A DNA stretch of 64,000 bases, from NCBI GenBank assembly GCA_016235055.1, contig JACRMK010000056.1, positions 23,359-87,358 of the forward strand, written 5' to 3'. Below are positions 26,855 to 38,342 of this stretch, one piece after another. Source of the DNA: Chloroflexota bacterium. Its GTDB lineage: Bacteria; Chloroflexota; Anaerolineae; JACRMK01. The notes beneath the pieces are model-generated. The model saw nothing but the letters and a program-made list of their open reading frames with translations, was not told the DNA's origin and searched no databases. The stretch's first letter is position 1, and the number at the start of each line of letters is the position of its first letter. A program made the translations under genes and the position numbers.

Positions 26855-28759
26855 GTGAGCGTGCCCGTGTCTCGACAACCCCAAAGCTCCGAAGCGCCTT
26901 CGCTGACCGTACAGTTGCTGCCTGCGCTGGACATCGGTCTCGCCGTACTGGCCGGCGCGATCTGGTACATCCGGCCGCAGGAAGGCGCCTGGCCGCTGGC
27001 GCTGATCGGCGTGGCGTGGCTGCTGCGCACCCTCGCGTACGGCAGCCCCACGCGCCCCACGCCCTTCGACCTGCCGATGGTCATCTTCCTGGCCAGCGCC
27101 TTCGCATCGGCCACGGTCGGGTACAACCAGGACCCGCGCTGGGCCGATGGGCCGACGCCGCTCATGTGGGCGTGGGCCAAATACTGGACGCTCGTCGCGG
27201 CGGTGGCGCTCTTTTTCGCGGTTGCCAACCTGCGCACGCCATCCGCCGTGCGCGGCGCCGCGCTCGGCATGTTCGTGCTGGCCGTCGCCATCAGTATCTA
27301 CTTCGTGCTGACAAACGACTGGGGCGCGCGGGGCGGCAAGGTCGATGCGCTCTCGCAGATCGGCGCTTGGCTGGCTGAACCCGCGCCGGAGATCGCCGGC
27401 CGCCGCCTAAATCCCAATGTCGCAGGTGGCATTATTGCACTGGCCGTGCCATTCGGCATCGTGGTGTGGATCGAAGCGCGCCGCCGCATCGCGTTGCGTA
27501 TCCTGTGGAGCATCGCTTTGGCGATCGCCGGCGCGGGCTTGTTGCTCTCGGCGTCGCGCGGGGCGTGGCTGGCGCTGGCTGTGGCCCTGCTTGGATGGGC
27601 GCTGGCACGGCAGTTCTCGGCGCTGCGGCAGAATCGCTCGGTCGTGCGCGCTGCCCTGCTCGCCTTGACGCTGATCTGCGTCGGCGTCGTGCTCGGCACG
27701 GCTGTTGACCGAGGCAGCTTCGGCAGCCTGCCCGTGGCGGCTCCGGCCGGCGTTTCGGGTTTCGGCAGCGGATCGGTCATCGGGCGCGTAACGCTCTGGC
27801 AAGGCGGCATCGGACTGGCGCAGGACTACATCTTCACCGGCGCAGGGCTGGGCGCGCTGCCGATGCAGATCTCTGCGTACGCTCTGTTGCTGCCCGTCCT
27901 GTATGTGCCTCACGTGCACAACACGTTCCTCAATATTCTCATCGAGCAGGGGCTGCCGGGCGCCGTGGCGTTGATCTGGCTCCTGCTTGTCGCCATAGTC
28001 GCCAGTTGGCGCGCCACGAGAAACTCCGGGAACACGTCCGCAGATCAATCACGCCGACTGATGCGGGAGGCCGCGTTGGTCAGCCTGGCCGTGATGCTGC
28101 TGCATGGGTTGGTGGACGATGTGCCGTTCGGCTCACGTGGCATGCTCTTGCTGTTTGTCCCGCTCGGCATGATCGCGGCTTTGCACGGCGGCGCCAGGTC
28201 AGCTTTCGGACGCCTGCCCCTGCGGGTGATTGCGATTGCCGCAGCGCTGCTATTCGTCACCGCCCTATGGCAGCGCGATGCCATAGTCGCCACCGCATAC
28301 GCGAATCTCGGAGCGCTGGCCCAGTCACGCGCAGAACTGGCGGGCTATCGCGTTCCAGACCGGTTGCCGGAGACGCTCCGGCGCGAGGCCCCGCTCGATG
28401 AAGCGATTGCCGCCTACCGTCAGGCGCTGGCGCTCGATCCGGGCAACCGCACCGCCAATCAGCGCATGGGCATGATTGCGCTGGCACGCGGGCAATACGA
28501 TGCCGCCATGAGCTACATCGAGGCCGCGTACCGCCGCGACCCGGCGAATGAAACACTCCGCATGTTGATGGGCGACGCCGCTCTGGCCGCCGGCCGGGCG
28601 GACGACGCGTACACATTCTGGGTGCGCGCGCCGGACGCGCCGTCGCGCCTTGAATTGACGGCATCACTGCGGTACGATAAACTCAATGATCTGGAGCGTG
28701 CCGCAGCGGCACGCGCGCTTGCGGCGCGCATCGCGTCAGAGCGTTCCAAGGGCCATTAG
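26855..28759 (+). CDS. O-antigen ligase / polymerase family membrane protein with C-terminal TPR repeats
   Basis: About 12 TM helices including a Wzy_C-like HNTFLNILIEQGLPG segment. C-terminal TPR-like repeats (AIAAYRQALALDPGN, AAMSYIEAAYRRDPAN). Confidence 0.7.
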   Translation: MSVPVSRQPQSSEAPSLTVQLLPALDIGLAVLAGAIWYIRPQEGAWPLALIGVAWLLRTLAYGSPTRPTPFDLPMVIFLASAFASATVGYNQDPRWADGPTPLMWAWAKYWTLVAAVALFFAVANLRTPSAVRGAALGMFVLAVAISIYFVLTNDWGARGGKVDALSQIGAWLAEPAPEIAGRRLNPNVAGGIIALAVPFGIVVWIEARRRIALRILWSIALAIAGAGLLLSASRGAWLALAVALLGWALARQFSALRQNRSVVRAALLALTLICVGVVLGTAVDRGSFGSLPVAAPAGVSGFGSGSVIGRVTLWQGGIGLAQDYIFTGAGLGALPMQISAYALLLPVLYVPHVHNTFLNILIEQGLPGAVALIWLLLVAIVASWRATRNSGNTSADQSRRLMREAALVSLAVMLLHGLVDDVPFGSRGMLLLFVPLGMIAALHGGARSAFGRLPLRVIAIAAALLFVTALWQRDAIVATAYANLGALAQSRAELAGYRVPDRLPETLRREAPLDEAIAAYRQALALDPGNRTANQRMGMIALARGQYDAAMSYIEAAYRRDPANETLRMLMGDAALAAGRADDAYTFWVRAPDAPSRLELTASLRYDKLNDLERAAAARALAARIASERSKGH

Positions 28760-28800
28760 CCTGCCGCTTCACTATTGCGAGTCTCGTTCGATCTTGATTA

Positions 28801-29027
28801 TGGCACTGCTACGCACAATCTGGGACAAATGGCGCGCGTTCGGCCACTGGATGGCCGACGTGGTCGGCCGAGTGGTCATGACTATCTTCTATTTCACGCT
28901 GGCCGCCCCGTTCGGCATTGGCGTACGGCTGTTCAGCGATCCACTGCACCTGAAGCCCGAAACGCCGCAATGGAATCCCCGCGAGCCGGTTTCCGAAGCG
29001 TTGGACGATGCGCGGAGGTCATTCTAG
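28801..29027 (+). CDS. small membrane protein (75 aa) immediately upstream of the O-carbamoyltransferase (SxtJ-like position)
   Basis: MALLRTIWDKWRAFGHWMADVVGRVVMTIFYFTLAAPFGIGV... The true start is internal to ORF 28686..29027. Confidence 0.45.
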
Positions 29028-29028
29028 C

Positions 29029-30831
29029 ATGCGCATCCTGGGCATTTCGTGCTTCTATCACGACTCGGCCGCGGCGCTGCTGGTTGACGGCATGCTCGTG
29101 GCCGCTGCGGAGGAAGAGCGCTTCACCCGCAAGAAGCACGATCACGACTACCCAGCGCAGGCGGTCGCGTTCTGCCTCAAGCAGGCTGGTATCACCGCCG
29201 GCGATCTGGACTACGTGGTCTTTTACGAGAAGCCGCTGGTCAAGTTTGAGCGCATTCTGATGACCTCGCTGGGCGGCTATCCCAGGACCTGGCGCGTTTT
29301 TCCGGAAGCGATGGTCGCGTGGTTTAATGAAAAACTGTGGGTCAAGGGCCTCATCGTCCGCAAGCTGGGCGTGCCGCAGAACCGCGTGTTGTTCGCCGAC
29401 CATCACATGGCGCACGCGGCCAGCGCGCTCTTCTGCGCGCCGTATGCGGACGCCGCCGTGCTCACGCTTGACGGCGTGGGCGAGTGGACAACCGCGGCGA
29501 TCGGGCACGGCCAGGCCGACTGGACCGGCACGGGCAAGAGCAGCATCAACCTGACCGGAGAGATTCGTTTTCCGCATTCGCTCGGGCTGCTCTACTCGGC
29601 TTTCACGGCGTTCCTCGGCTTCGAGGTGAATGAGGGCGAGTACAAGGTCATGGGCATGGCGCCCTACGGCGAGCCGCGCTACGTCGACGACGTGTACAAG
29701 CTCGTGCGCGTCGAAGCCGACGGCAGCTTCCGGCTGAGCATGGAATACTTCAGCTTCTACCACTCGACGGAGCAGACGTACAATCGCCGGTTCACCGAGT
29801 TGTTTGGCGAGCCGCGTGTCCGCGAGTCCGAGTTCTACACCCGGCAGACGCATCCGCAACGCGACCACCCGCAGTGGGATGACCGCGCCGCCGAACGCAA
29901 CCAGCACTACGCCGACATCGCGGCCAGCATCCAACGTGTCACCGAGGAGATTATCCTCAAGATGGCGCGCCACGCCCGGCTGAGCACAGGCTCAAAGCGA
30001 CTGGTCATGGCGGGCGGCGTGGCGCTCAACAGCGTAGCCAACGGGCGCATCCTGCGCGAGACCGGCTTCGAGGAACTGTTTATCCAGCCGGCCGCCGGCG
30101 ATTCGGGCGGGGCGCTGGGCGCGGCGCTGTACGCCTACCACGTCATTCTGGGCCAGCCGCGCAAGTTTACGTTGAACGACTGCTACTGGGGACAGGGATA
30201 CAGCAATTCCGAGATTGGCGATTACCTGCGCGCCAACAACATCCGGCACGAGCAATTCGACGACGAAGATCGCCTGCTCGATCGCGTGGTGGACGGCCTG
30301 GTGAATGGCAAGGTAGCCGGTTGGTTTCGCGGTCGCTTCGAATGGGGACCGCGCGCGCTCGGAAACCGCAGCATCATCGCCGATCCGCGGCGCGCCGAGA
30401 TGAAGAACATTGTCAACGCCAAGATCAAGTTCCGCGAGCCGTTTCGCCCCTTTGCGCCGGTGGTGCTGGAAGAGCGCACGGCGGAGTATTTTGATCTGGA
30501 CGACCCGGCGCGGCAGTTGCCGGCGCGGTACATGCTGCTGGTGGCCCCGATCAAGAGCGACAAGCAGGATCAGATTCCAGCGGTCAACCATATGGGCACC
30601 GGCCGCTTGCAGACGATCCGGCCGGAGACCAATTCCGGCTACTACAACGTCGTGCGCAAGTTCGGCGACGCGACCGGCGTGCCGGTGCTGATGAACACCT
30701 CGTACAACCTGCGCGGCGAGCCAATCGTGGCAAGCCCGGCAGACGCCATGCGCACGTTCAACAACAGCGGACTGGACATGCTGGTCTTTGACCGCTTTCT
30801 GGTATTGAAGGACAAGGAGGAAGCCGCATGA
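29029..30831 (+). CDS. NodU/CmcH-family O-carbamoyltransferase
   Basis: MRILGISCFYHDSAAALLVDG, HHMAHAASA and the YRF-domain C-terminal half, 600 aa. Confidence 0.9.
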   Translation: MRILGISCFYHDSAAALLVDGMLVAAAEEERFTRKKHDHDYPAQAVAFCLKQAGITAGDLDYVVFYEKPLVKFERILMTSLGGYPRTWRVFPEAMVAWFNEKLWVKGLIVRKLGVPQNRVLFADHHMAHAASALFCAPYADAAVLTLDGVGEWTTAAIGHGQADWTGTGKSSINLTGEIRFPHSLGLLYSAFTAFLGFEVNEGEYKVMGMAPYGEPRYVDDVYKLVRVEADGSFRLSMEYFSFYHSTEQTYNRRFTELFGEPRVRESEFYTRQTHPQRDHPQWDDRAAERNQHYADIAASIQRVTEEIILKMARHARLSTGSKRLVMAGGVALNSVANGRILRETGFEELFIQPAAGDSGGALGAALYAYHVILGQPRKFTLNDCYWGQGYSNSEIGDYLRANNIRHEQFDDEDRLLDRVVDGLVNGKVAGWFRGRFEWGPRALGNRSIIADPRRAEMKNIVNAKIKFREPFRPFAPVVLEERTAEYFDLDDPARQLPARYMLLVAPIKSDKQDQIPAVNHMGTGRLQTIRPETNSGYYNVVRKFGDATGVPVLMNTSYNLRGEPIVASPADAMRTFNNSGLDMLVFDRFLVLKDKEEAA

Positions 30832-31010
30832 GCGCTTGGTTTCGCAGCCTGGCCGCCAACACCGGTGTGGCCGGCGAAGTCTTCGTGTATCTGTGGCGCC
30901 GCAAGAAGTGGTGGCTCATCCCGATGGTCGTGGTGCTGATGGTCTTCGGACTACTGCTGGTCTTTGCGTCGGCGTCCGGCGTTGGCCCGTTCATCTACAC
31001 GCTGTTCTAG
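30828..31010 (+). CDS. small membrane protein (60 aa) overlapping the carbamoyltransferase stop (SxtK-like position)
   Basis: ATGA start/stop overlap, RRKKWWLIPMVVVLMVFGLLLVFAS TM helix. Confidence 0.45.
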   Translation: MSAWFRSLAANTGVAGEVFVYLWRRKKWWLIPMVVVLMVFGLLLVFASASGVGPFIYTLF

Positions 31011-31039
31011 GCACAATCGCCCATCCCGCAGACATACTA

Positions 31040-32162
<1,123 letters not shown>

Positions 32163-32166
<4 letters not shown>

Positions 32167-33635
32167 CACGCTCTCGTTGGCCGGCGCTCGTGCTGGCACT
32201 GTTCGCGATAGCGCTCGCCGCCGGAACGGTGGACGCGCAGGATCCCGCCGGTGTGCGCTGGAGCCAGCCGCTGGTCATCTCAGGCAACGTGCCGCATTCC
32301 GGCCGGCCGGCCATTGTGGCCGACGCTTTCGGGAGGGTGCATATCTTCTGGCAGGCCGCGTACACGCCGTTCCCTCAGAACCCAGAGGTGGGCGGCAGCA
32401 TCATCTACTACTCGCAGTATGACGGCGCGCGCTGGACCGATCCGGTGGATCTGTTTGTATCGCCCGGCAGTTATTCGCTGGCTTCCAATGTTGTGGCCGT
32501 GGCGGATGATGCAGGCTACGTGGACGCTGCGTGGGTGGGCGGCGGCCTGCTGTTTTTCACCCGCGCGCCCATAGACCTGGCAACCAGCGCGCGCGCGTGG
32601 TCGCCGTTCATCCGCATCGACGATAACGTGCAGACACCGTACCTGGCGACCGGCAGGGATGGCACGCTGCACCTCTTTTACTGGAACACGGGCACAACCC
32701 CCGGTATCTATTACACACGCTCAGTCGATCGCGGCCTGCACTGGACATCGCCCGAGCCGATCTGGCAGCGGCCGGTGCGCGGGCAGGTTCCCGGCACAGC
32801 CGACGCTATCGTGGTCGTGCAGGACCCGGCCAGCGGCGTGCTGCACGCGGTCTGGGTTGACATCTTCGAGCCAACCCTGTATTACGCGCAGTCGACAGAT
32901 CAAGGACTGTCATGGTCGCGCCCGGTGCAACTCGATGAGCGCGATCCTAATTCCAACCTGTTCGGACCGCTGTATCCCAGCATCGGCGTCGACGCGCGCG
33001 GCAGTATAGTCCTACTCTGGACGGCGAGCCACGACAAGGTTTCGTGCGCCCGTTACGGGCGTACTTCGACCAACGGCGGGCAGACCTGGGGCGCACGGCG
33101 GCGCGTGCTGGCACCGATTGAAGGCTGCTTCTTCCAAACGCCATTTGTTGCAGACGGCTCCGGCGTCCTCCAGATGGCGACCGTGGGCCGCGACAAGGGC
33201 ATCGTCGCACTATACCGCAGCACCTGGGGCAACACCGATTGGATGGCGCCCCAGACATTCCTCGGCGTGTCCATCAAAGATGGCGACGACTGGCAGCAAC
33301 GCGGCCCCGATGATCTGAAGTTGGCGATCGGCCTCGGCAACAAGATGCATGCGGCATGGTACACGAATGACGGTCGGGTCTGGTACGCAACCGGCGAGAG
33401 TACAGCGCGCTCGATCGCGGCTCGGACCGTGCCGACACCCTTGCCAACGGCGACGCGGCCTTCCGCACTCGCCACAAGCGTCGCACCGGCACCCACACGC
33501 GGCCCGCAATTTCCGGCCGACGCCGTGCCGGCCGAATCGCGGCCGGGCGAATTGCCGCTCTATTTCGGCGTCGTGCCCGTGCTCGCGCTGCTCCTGCTCG
33601 TTGTGGTGAGCCGCGTCATGGCGCGCGGTCGCTGA
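32163..33635 (+). CDS. secreted BNR/Asp-box repeat protein (sialidase-like beta-propeller) with C-terminal TM anchor
   Basis: Signal peptide MTRSRWPALVLALFAIALAAGTVDA. Asp-boxes SVDRGLHW, STDQGLSW and STNGGQTW. C-terminal LPLYFGVVPVLALLLLVVVSRVMARGR. ATGA overlap with the epimerase. Confidence 0.7.
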
Positions 33636-33869
33636 CCGTCGATTCTCGATCACTCGAAGCCAGAACGTAGGGACTCGACTCAGACCCGCTGCCTGGCGCC
33701 AGGCTGTCATGACCGATCGAATATCTGTGTGCGCAGAGTCGCCCGCTTCACAAATCGCACAATGTCACAGACCGATCAAGAGTTGCTTCGTGCGCTTGTA
33801 TCTATGCGTTGAACGCCTGAGTCTTTCTCAACAGAACCGCTCCGTGTATTCCACCTTATCGAGGACATA

Positions 33870-35717
33870 ATGACTGAAGTCTATACCGGCAAGATCATCC
33901 GCATCGACCTGACCGCACGCACCGCGCAGGTCCAGTCGATCCCGGAAGAAATCTATGAGACCTACCTGCTCGGCTCCGGCCTGGCGGCCAAGTTGTTCTA
34001 CGACGAGATGGACCCCTCGCTCGATGCCTTCGATCCGCGCGCGCCGCTCTACTTCTTCAACGGCCTGCTGACCGGCACCGGCGCCACGACCGCCAATCGC
34101 ATCTCCGTCTGCGGTCGCTCGCCGCTGACCGGCATTTGGGGCGAGGCGAACGCGGGCGGCTACTGGGGCCCCGAACTGCGCTTCGCCGGCTACGACGGAC
34201 TCGTCATCAGCGGGCGCAGCGAGACGCCGGTCTACCTCTGGATCACCGAAAAGGGCGTCGAGTTCCGCGACGCGTCGCACCTCTGGGGCCAGGCCGACAG
34301 CTACCAGACGCTGGACGCGCTCCAGAAGGAGTGCGACCCCAAGTGCCGCGTTACCTGCATCGGCCCCGGCGGCGAGAACCGTGTGCTGATCGCCGGCGTC
34401 GCCTTCGACGGCCGCGAGACGCGCATGGCCGGGCGGTGCGGCCTCGGCGCGGTCATGGGCAGCAAGCACCTCAAGGCGATCGCCGTGCGCGGCAAGCAGA
34501 AGATCGCCTACCACGACAAGGGCGCGTTCCTCAAGTACGTGCAGTCGGTCAACGATCCGCTCAGGGATAACGGCTACATCATTTCGCTCAACAAGTTCGG
34601 CACCGCCGGCGGCGTCGCGTTCACCGAGCGCACCGGCGACATCCCGATCCGCAACTGGGCGGGCGGAAACTGGGCCGAGGGCGCGCAGAAGATCCAGGGC
34701 CAGACGATCCGCGAAAAGTACTACTCCGAAACGACGCGCTGCTTCGCGTGCCCGATCGCCTGCACACAGCACGTCGAGTTCAAGGAAGGCGAGCACGCCG
34801 GCCTGCACGCTCATGGCCCGGAGTACGAGACGCTCGGACTGATGGGCGCGAACTGCCTCATCGATGATCTCGAAGCGATCGCCGTGGCCAACGATCTCTG
34901 CAACCGCTACGGCCTCGACACGATTTCGGTCGGCTCAACCATCGCCTTCGCCATGGAAGCGTACGAGAAGGGCATCCTCGCGCCCGACCAGTGCGACGGC
35001 ATCGACCTGACCTGGGGTAACGGCAAGGCGCTGGTGCAGGCGGTCGAGGCGATCGCGTTCCGCCGCGGCGCGCTGGGCAACCTACTCGCCGACGGCACGC
35101 GCAAGGCGGCCGCGAAGTTGGGCCGGGGCGCAAGCGAGTTCGCGGTGCACGTCAAGGGTCTCGAAGTGCCGGCGCACGACCCGCGCGCCTTCGTCTCGAT
35201 GGCCTCCAACTACGCGACCAGCGCACGCGGCGCGTGCCATCTTGAATCGCTCGGCTACTGGCCGGAGCTCGGCATCCCATTTAAGGAACTCGGCTACGCC
35301 GGCGGCATCGACCCGCACACCGACGAAAACAAAGCGGCGATCACGTTCACGATGCAGAACTTCCAGTCGTTGATGAACCCGCTCGGTCTCTGCAAATTCA
35401 CGAACAAGGGCTCCGTCGGCCCGGAGATCCTCTCGCGCTATGTGAACCTCGCGCTCGGCTGGCAATGGGACGTCGAAACCTGGCAGCACATCGGCGAGCG
35501 GCTGTTCAATCTGAAGCGGCTGATCAACGTGCGCTATGGCGTCACGGCGGCTGATGACGACTTGCCGCCGCGTCTGAAGCAGGCCCGCCCCAGCGGCGGC
35601 GCGGCCGGCGTGGTGCCCGACGTCAAGCGCCAGGTGCAGGAGCTCTACGCCCTGCGTGGCTGGAACGCGGAAGGCGTGCCCGGTGAGGCACGACTGCGAC
35701 GGTTGGACTTGGCGTAA
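33870..35717 (+). CDS. aldehyde:ferredoxin oxidoreductase family (tungsten/molybdopterin AOR)
   Basis: N-terminal GKIIRIDLT and full-length AOR domains with the cluster/pterin-binding Cys (CFACPIAC). Confidence 0.9.
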   Translation: MTEVYTGKIIRIDLTARTAQVQSIPEEIYETYLLGSGLAAKLFYDEMDPSLDAFDPRAPLYFFNGLLTGTGATTANRISVCGRSPLTGIWGEANAGGYWGPELRFAGYDGLVISGRSETPVYLWITEKGVEFRDASHLWGQADSYQTLDALQKECDPKCRVTCIGPGGENRVLIAGVAFDGRETRMAGRCGLGAVMGSKHLKAIAVRGKQKIAYHDKGAFLKYVQSVNDPLRDNGYIISLNKFGTAGGVAFTERTGDIPIRNWAGGNWAEGAQKIQGQTIREKYYSETTRCFACPIACTQHVEFKEGEHAGLHAHGPEYETLGLMGANCLIDDLEAIAVANDLCNRYGLDTISVGSTIAFAMEAYEKGILAPDQCDGIDLTWGNGKALVQAVEAIAFRRGALGNLLADGTRKAAAKLGRGASEFAVHVKGLEVPAHDPRAFVSMASNYATSARGACHLESLGYWPELGIPFKELGYAGGIDPHTDENKAAITFTMQNFQSLMNPLGLCKFTNKGSVGPEILSRYVNLALGWQWDVETWQHIGERLFNLKRLINVRYGVTAADDDLPPRLKQARPSGGAAGVVPDVKRQVQELYALRGWNAEGVPGEARLRRLDLA

Positions 35718-35810
35718 GCGCCGACGCAACCCACAGGTCGTGGTAATTTGTCGCCGCCGGCTCAACATAGGGGCACCGACGCCATTTGTGCACGATACAC
35801 GGCCACGATT

Positions 35811-35839
35811 TTGTAACGCGGCTTTTCCCGTGATATAAT
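35811..35839 (+). promoter_or_regulatory. near-consensus sigma70 promoter for rplS (TTGTAA - 17 nt - TATAAT)
   Basis: atTTGTAAcgcggcttttcccgtgaTATAATgtc. Confidence 0.5.
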
Positions 35840-35859
35840 GTCTTCCTGTCAACACGCAC

Positions 35860-36261
35860 TTGGAAAGGTGTCCAGTCATGCAAGATCTAATTCGTTCGCT
35901 TTCGAAGATGCCGGAGAAGGCGGCCAAGCGGCCGGTACTCGAGCCCGGTGATACCGTGCGCGTGATGTACCGCATCGTTGAGGGCGACAAGGAACGCCTG
36001 CAGCCGTTCCAGGGCGTCGTCATGCGCTTGCGTGGCAACGGCGCGACCACCCGCTTCACGGTGCGCCGCCTCGCGGCTCACGGCGTCGGCGTCGAGCGCA
36101 CATTCGTAGCGAACTCGCCCCGGCTGGAAGACGTCAAGGTCATCCGCCACGGCCAGGTGCGCCGCGCGCAGTTGTTCTTCCTGCGCGACCGCGTCGGCAA
36201 GAAGGCCCGCCTGCGCGAGCGCCGCTACGACGATTCCGAGCAGAATCCGCCGGCCAGCTAG
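35860..36261 (+). CDS. rplS: 50S ribosomal protein L19
   Basis: PGDTVRV...G.KER.Q.FQGVV is a diagnostic L19 sequence. A possible start at MQDL (35878). Confidence 0.9.
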   Translation: MERCPVMQDLIRSLSKMPEKAAKRPVLEPGDTVRVMYRIVEGDKERLQPFQGVVMRLRGNGATTRFTVRRLAAHGVGVERTFVANSPRLEDVKVIRHGQVRRAQLFFLRDRVGKKARLRERRYDDSEQNPPAS

Positions 36262-36357
36262 CATAAGCGCCGCTTGCGGCGGTCGTTGAATCATAAGGGA
36301 AATCGGGTATACTCAAGTGTGCCCCGTTTCCCTTATTTGCTTTGATGGGGCACATGG

Positions 36358-37002
36358 ATGCGCATGCCAGGCTTTCGGGCGGAACTTAGGTATCACGGTC
36401 GCGGCCTCGCGCCCGTCGCCGGGTTGGACGAGGCCGGGCGCGGCGCATGGGCCGGTCCACTGGTGGCCGGCGCGGTCATCCTGCCGCCGCCGACTCCCGC
36501 GCTGCGTCGCGCGCTTCGTCAGGTTAACGACTCGAAGCAGTTGAGCGCGGCCGCCCGCGAGTTCTGCGCCGCGTTGATTCGCACGGTCGCCGTCGCGGCC
36601 GCCGTCGGCATGGTCTCGCCCGCCGAGATTGACGAGATGGGCATGACCCGCGCCACGCGCGAGGCGATGTCGCGCGCGCTGGCTGGTTTGACCGTCGCGC
36701 CGGCCGCCTTGCTGATCGACGCCTTTCCGCTGCCGTCCAGCGCGCTGCCACAGCAGGCGATCATTCGCGGCGACTCCTATGCGTTCAGCATCGCCGCCGC
36801 CTCGATTATAGCGAAAGTCACACGAGATGCGTTGATGCGCGAGCTCGATACCACCTGGCCGGGCTACGGCTTTGCCCATCACAAAGGCTACGGTACCGTC
36901 AACCACCACGCTGCGCTGCGCGCCATCGGCGTCTCGGTCGTGCATCGCCGCTCGTTTGCGCCGATCCGCGCCCTGCTGGCCGCCGCCGGAGCGCCGCAGT
37001 GA
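36358..37002 (+). CDS. rnhB: ribonuclease HII
   Basis: VAGLDEAGRGAWAGPLVAGAVIL and the DSK..S motif. Confidence 0.9.
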   Translation: MRMPGFRAELRYHGRGLAPVAGLDEAGRGAWAGPLVAGAVILPPPTPALRRALRQVNDSKQLSAAAREFCAALIRTVAVAAAVGMVSPAEIDEMGMTRATREAMSRALAGLTVAPAALLIDAFPLPSSALPQQAIIRGDSYAFSIAAASIIAKVTRDALMRELDTTWPGYGFAHHKGYGTVNHHAALRAIGVSVVHRRSFAPIRALLAAAGAPQ

Positions 37003-37394
37003 CCGCGCACACGGCGCCGCCGCGTCGCCCTTCGGCCCGTCGCCAACTCGGCACCGCCGGCGAGCAGATGGCCGCGCGGGCGCTGCAGGAGCGCGGTCTG
37101 TCGATTGTCGAGATGAACTACCGCTGCGCCGAGGGGGAGATCGACCTGGTGGCGCGCGACGGCGACGCGTGGGTGTTCGTCGAAGTGAAAACCCGGCGCG
37201 GCGACCGCTTCGGCACGCCGGAGGAAGCCGTGACGCCGCGCAAGCAGGCCAAATTGATCACTGTGGCCGACAACTATCTGCAGACGCACAATCTGGGCGA
37301 CGCCGACTGGCGCATCGACGTGGTGGCGATCGCGATGGACGCGCATGGTCGCCTGCAGCGTATCGATATCATCGATCACGCGGTCACGCACTAA
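36999..37394 (+). CDS. yraN: YraN family endonuclease (UPF0102)
   Basis: GE.A.A..L...G......N.R...GEID.VA motif, 4-nt overlap with rnhB. Confidence 0.85.
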   Translation: MTAHTAPPRRPSARRQLGTAGEQMAARALQERGLSIVEMNYRCAEGEIDLVARDGDAWVFVEVKTRRGDRFGTPEEAVTPRKQAKLITVADNYLQTHNLGDADWRIDVVAIAMDAHGRLQRIDIIDHAVTH

Positions 37395-37397
37395 CCG

Positions 37398-38321
37398 GTG
37401 AAGACGCGCCTGGTCGTCATCGTCGGCCCGACCGCGGTCGGTAAGACCGCGCTCGCCCTCGACCTGGCAGAGCGGTTCGGCGGCGAGATCATCGGCGCCG
37501 ACTCGCGCCAAGTCTATCGCGGCATGGATATCGGCACCGCCAAGCCGTCGGCAGACGAACGGGCGCGGATCCCGCATCACCTGATCGATATCGTCGCACC
37601 GGACGAGGTGCTCTCGCTCGGTCAATACCGCGACCTGGCGACTCGCTGCATCGCGGAGATCAGCGCGCGCGGCAGACTGCCGTTCATGGTCGGCGGCACC
37701 GGCCAGTATGTGAAGGCGATCGTCGAGGGTTGGACCGTGCCCGAAGTCGCGCCTGACATGGCGCTGCGGGCGCAGTGGGAGCAGGAAGCGCGCGAGCACG
37801 GCCCGCAAATGTTGTACGCGCGCTTGCAGGCCGCCGATCCGGTCGCGGCGTCGCGGGTCGACGCGCGCAACGTGCGCCGCGTCATCCGCTACCTGGAAGT
37901 CTGCACGGCCACCGGTCGCCCCGTTTCCGAGCTGCAGCGGAAGGAGCCGCCGCCGTACGACATGCTGCAGATCGGGCTGACGCTGCCGCGTCCAGCGCTC
38001 TACCGCCGCATCGATGAGCGCGTCGATGCGATGATCGCTGGCGGGCTTGTAGATGAGGTGCGCGCCCTGCTGGCGCGCGGCTACTCGACCGATCTGCCGT
38101 CGATGTCGAGCTTCGGCTACAAGCAGATCGCGGCGTATCTCGCCGGGCAGTTGACGCTGGCGCAGGCCATAGAGAGTACCAAGAAAGAAACACGCCGGTT
38201 CGTTCAGCGGCAGTACGCCTGGTTCCGGCTCGACGATCCAAACATCGTGTGGCTGGACGCAGACGCGCGCGCAACGATGCGCGCCGGCGAGATTGTCGCT
38301 ACATCCCTGGGCCAGGTGTAG
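37398..38321 (+). CDS. miaA: tRNA dimethylallyltransferase
   Basis: IVGPTAVGKTALAL P-loop, DSRQVYRGMDIGTAKP. Confidence 0.9.
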   Translation: MKTRLVVIVGPTAVGKTALALDLAERFGGEIIGADSRQVYRGMDIGTAKPSADERARIPHHLIDIVAPDEVLSLGQYRDLATRCIAEISARGRLPFMVGGTGQYVKAIVEGWTVPEVAPDMALRAQWEQEAREHGPQMLYARLQAADPVAASRVDARNVRRVIRYLEVCTATGRPVSELQRKEPPPYDMLQIGLTLPRPALYRRIDERVDAMIAGGLVDEVRALLARGYSTDLPSMSSFGYKQIAAYLAGQLTLAQAIESTKKETRRFVQRQYAWFRLDDPNIVWLDADARATMRAGEIVATSLGQV

Positions 38322-38342
38322 TCGCAGGCAATTACCTTATCA

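Noticed and set aside
33693-33710. Palindrome gcctggcgccaggc after the BNR gene as an intrinsic terminator
   Set aside because: Short 6-7-bp stem with no U-tract. It could occur by chance in GC-rich DNA.
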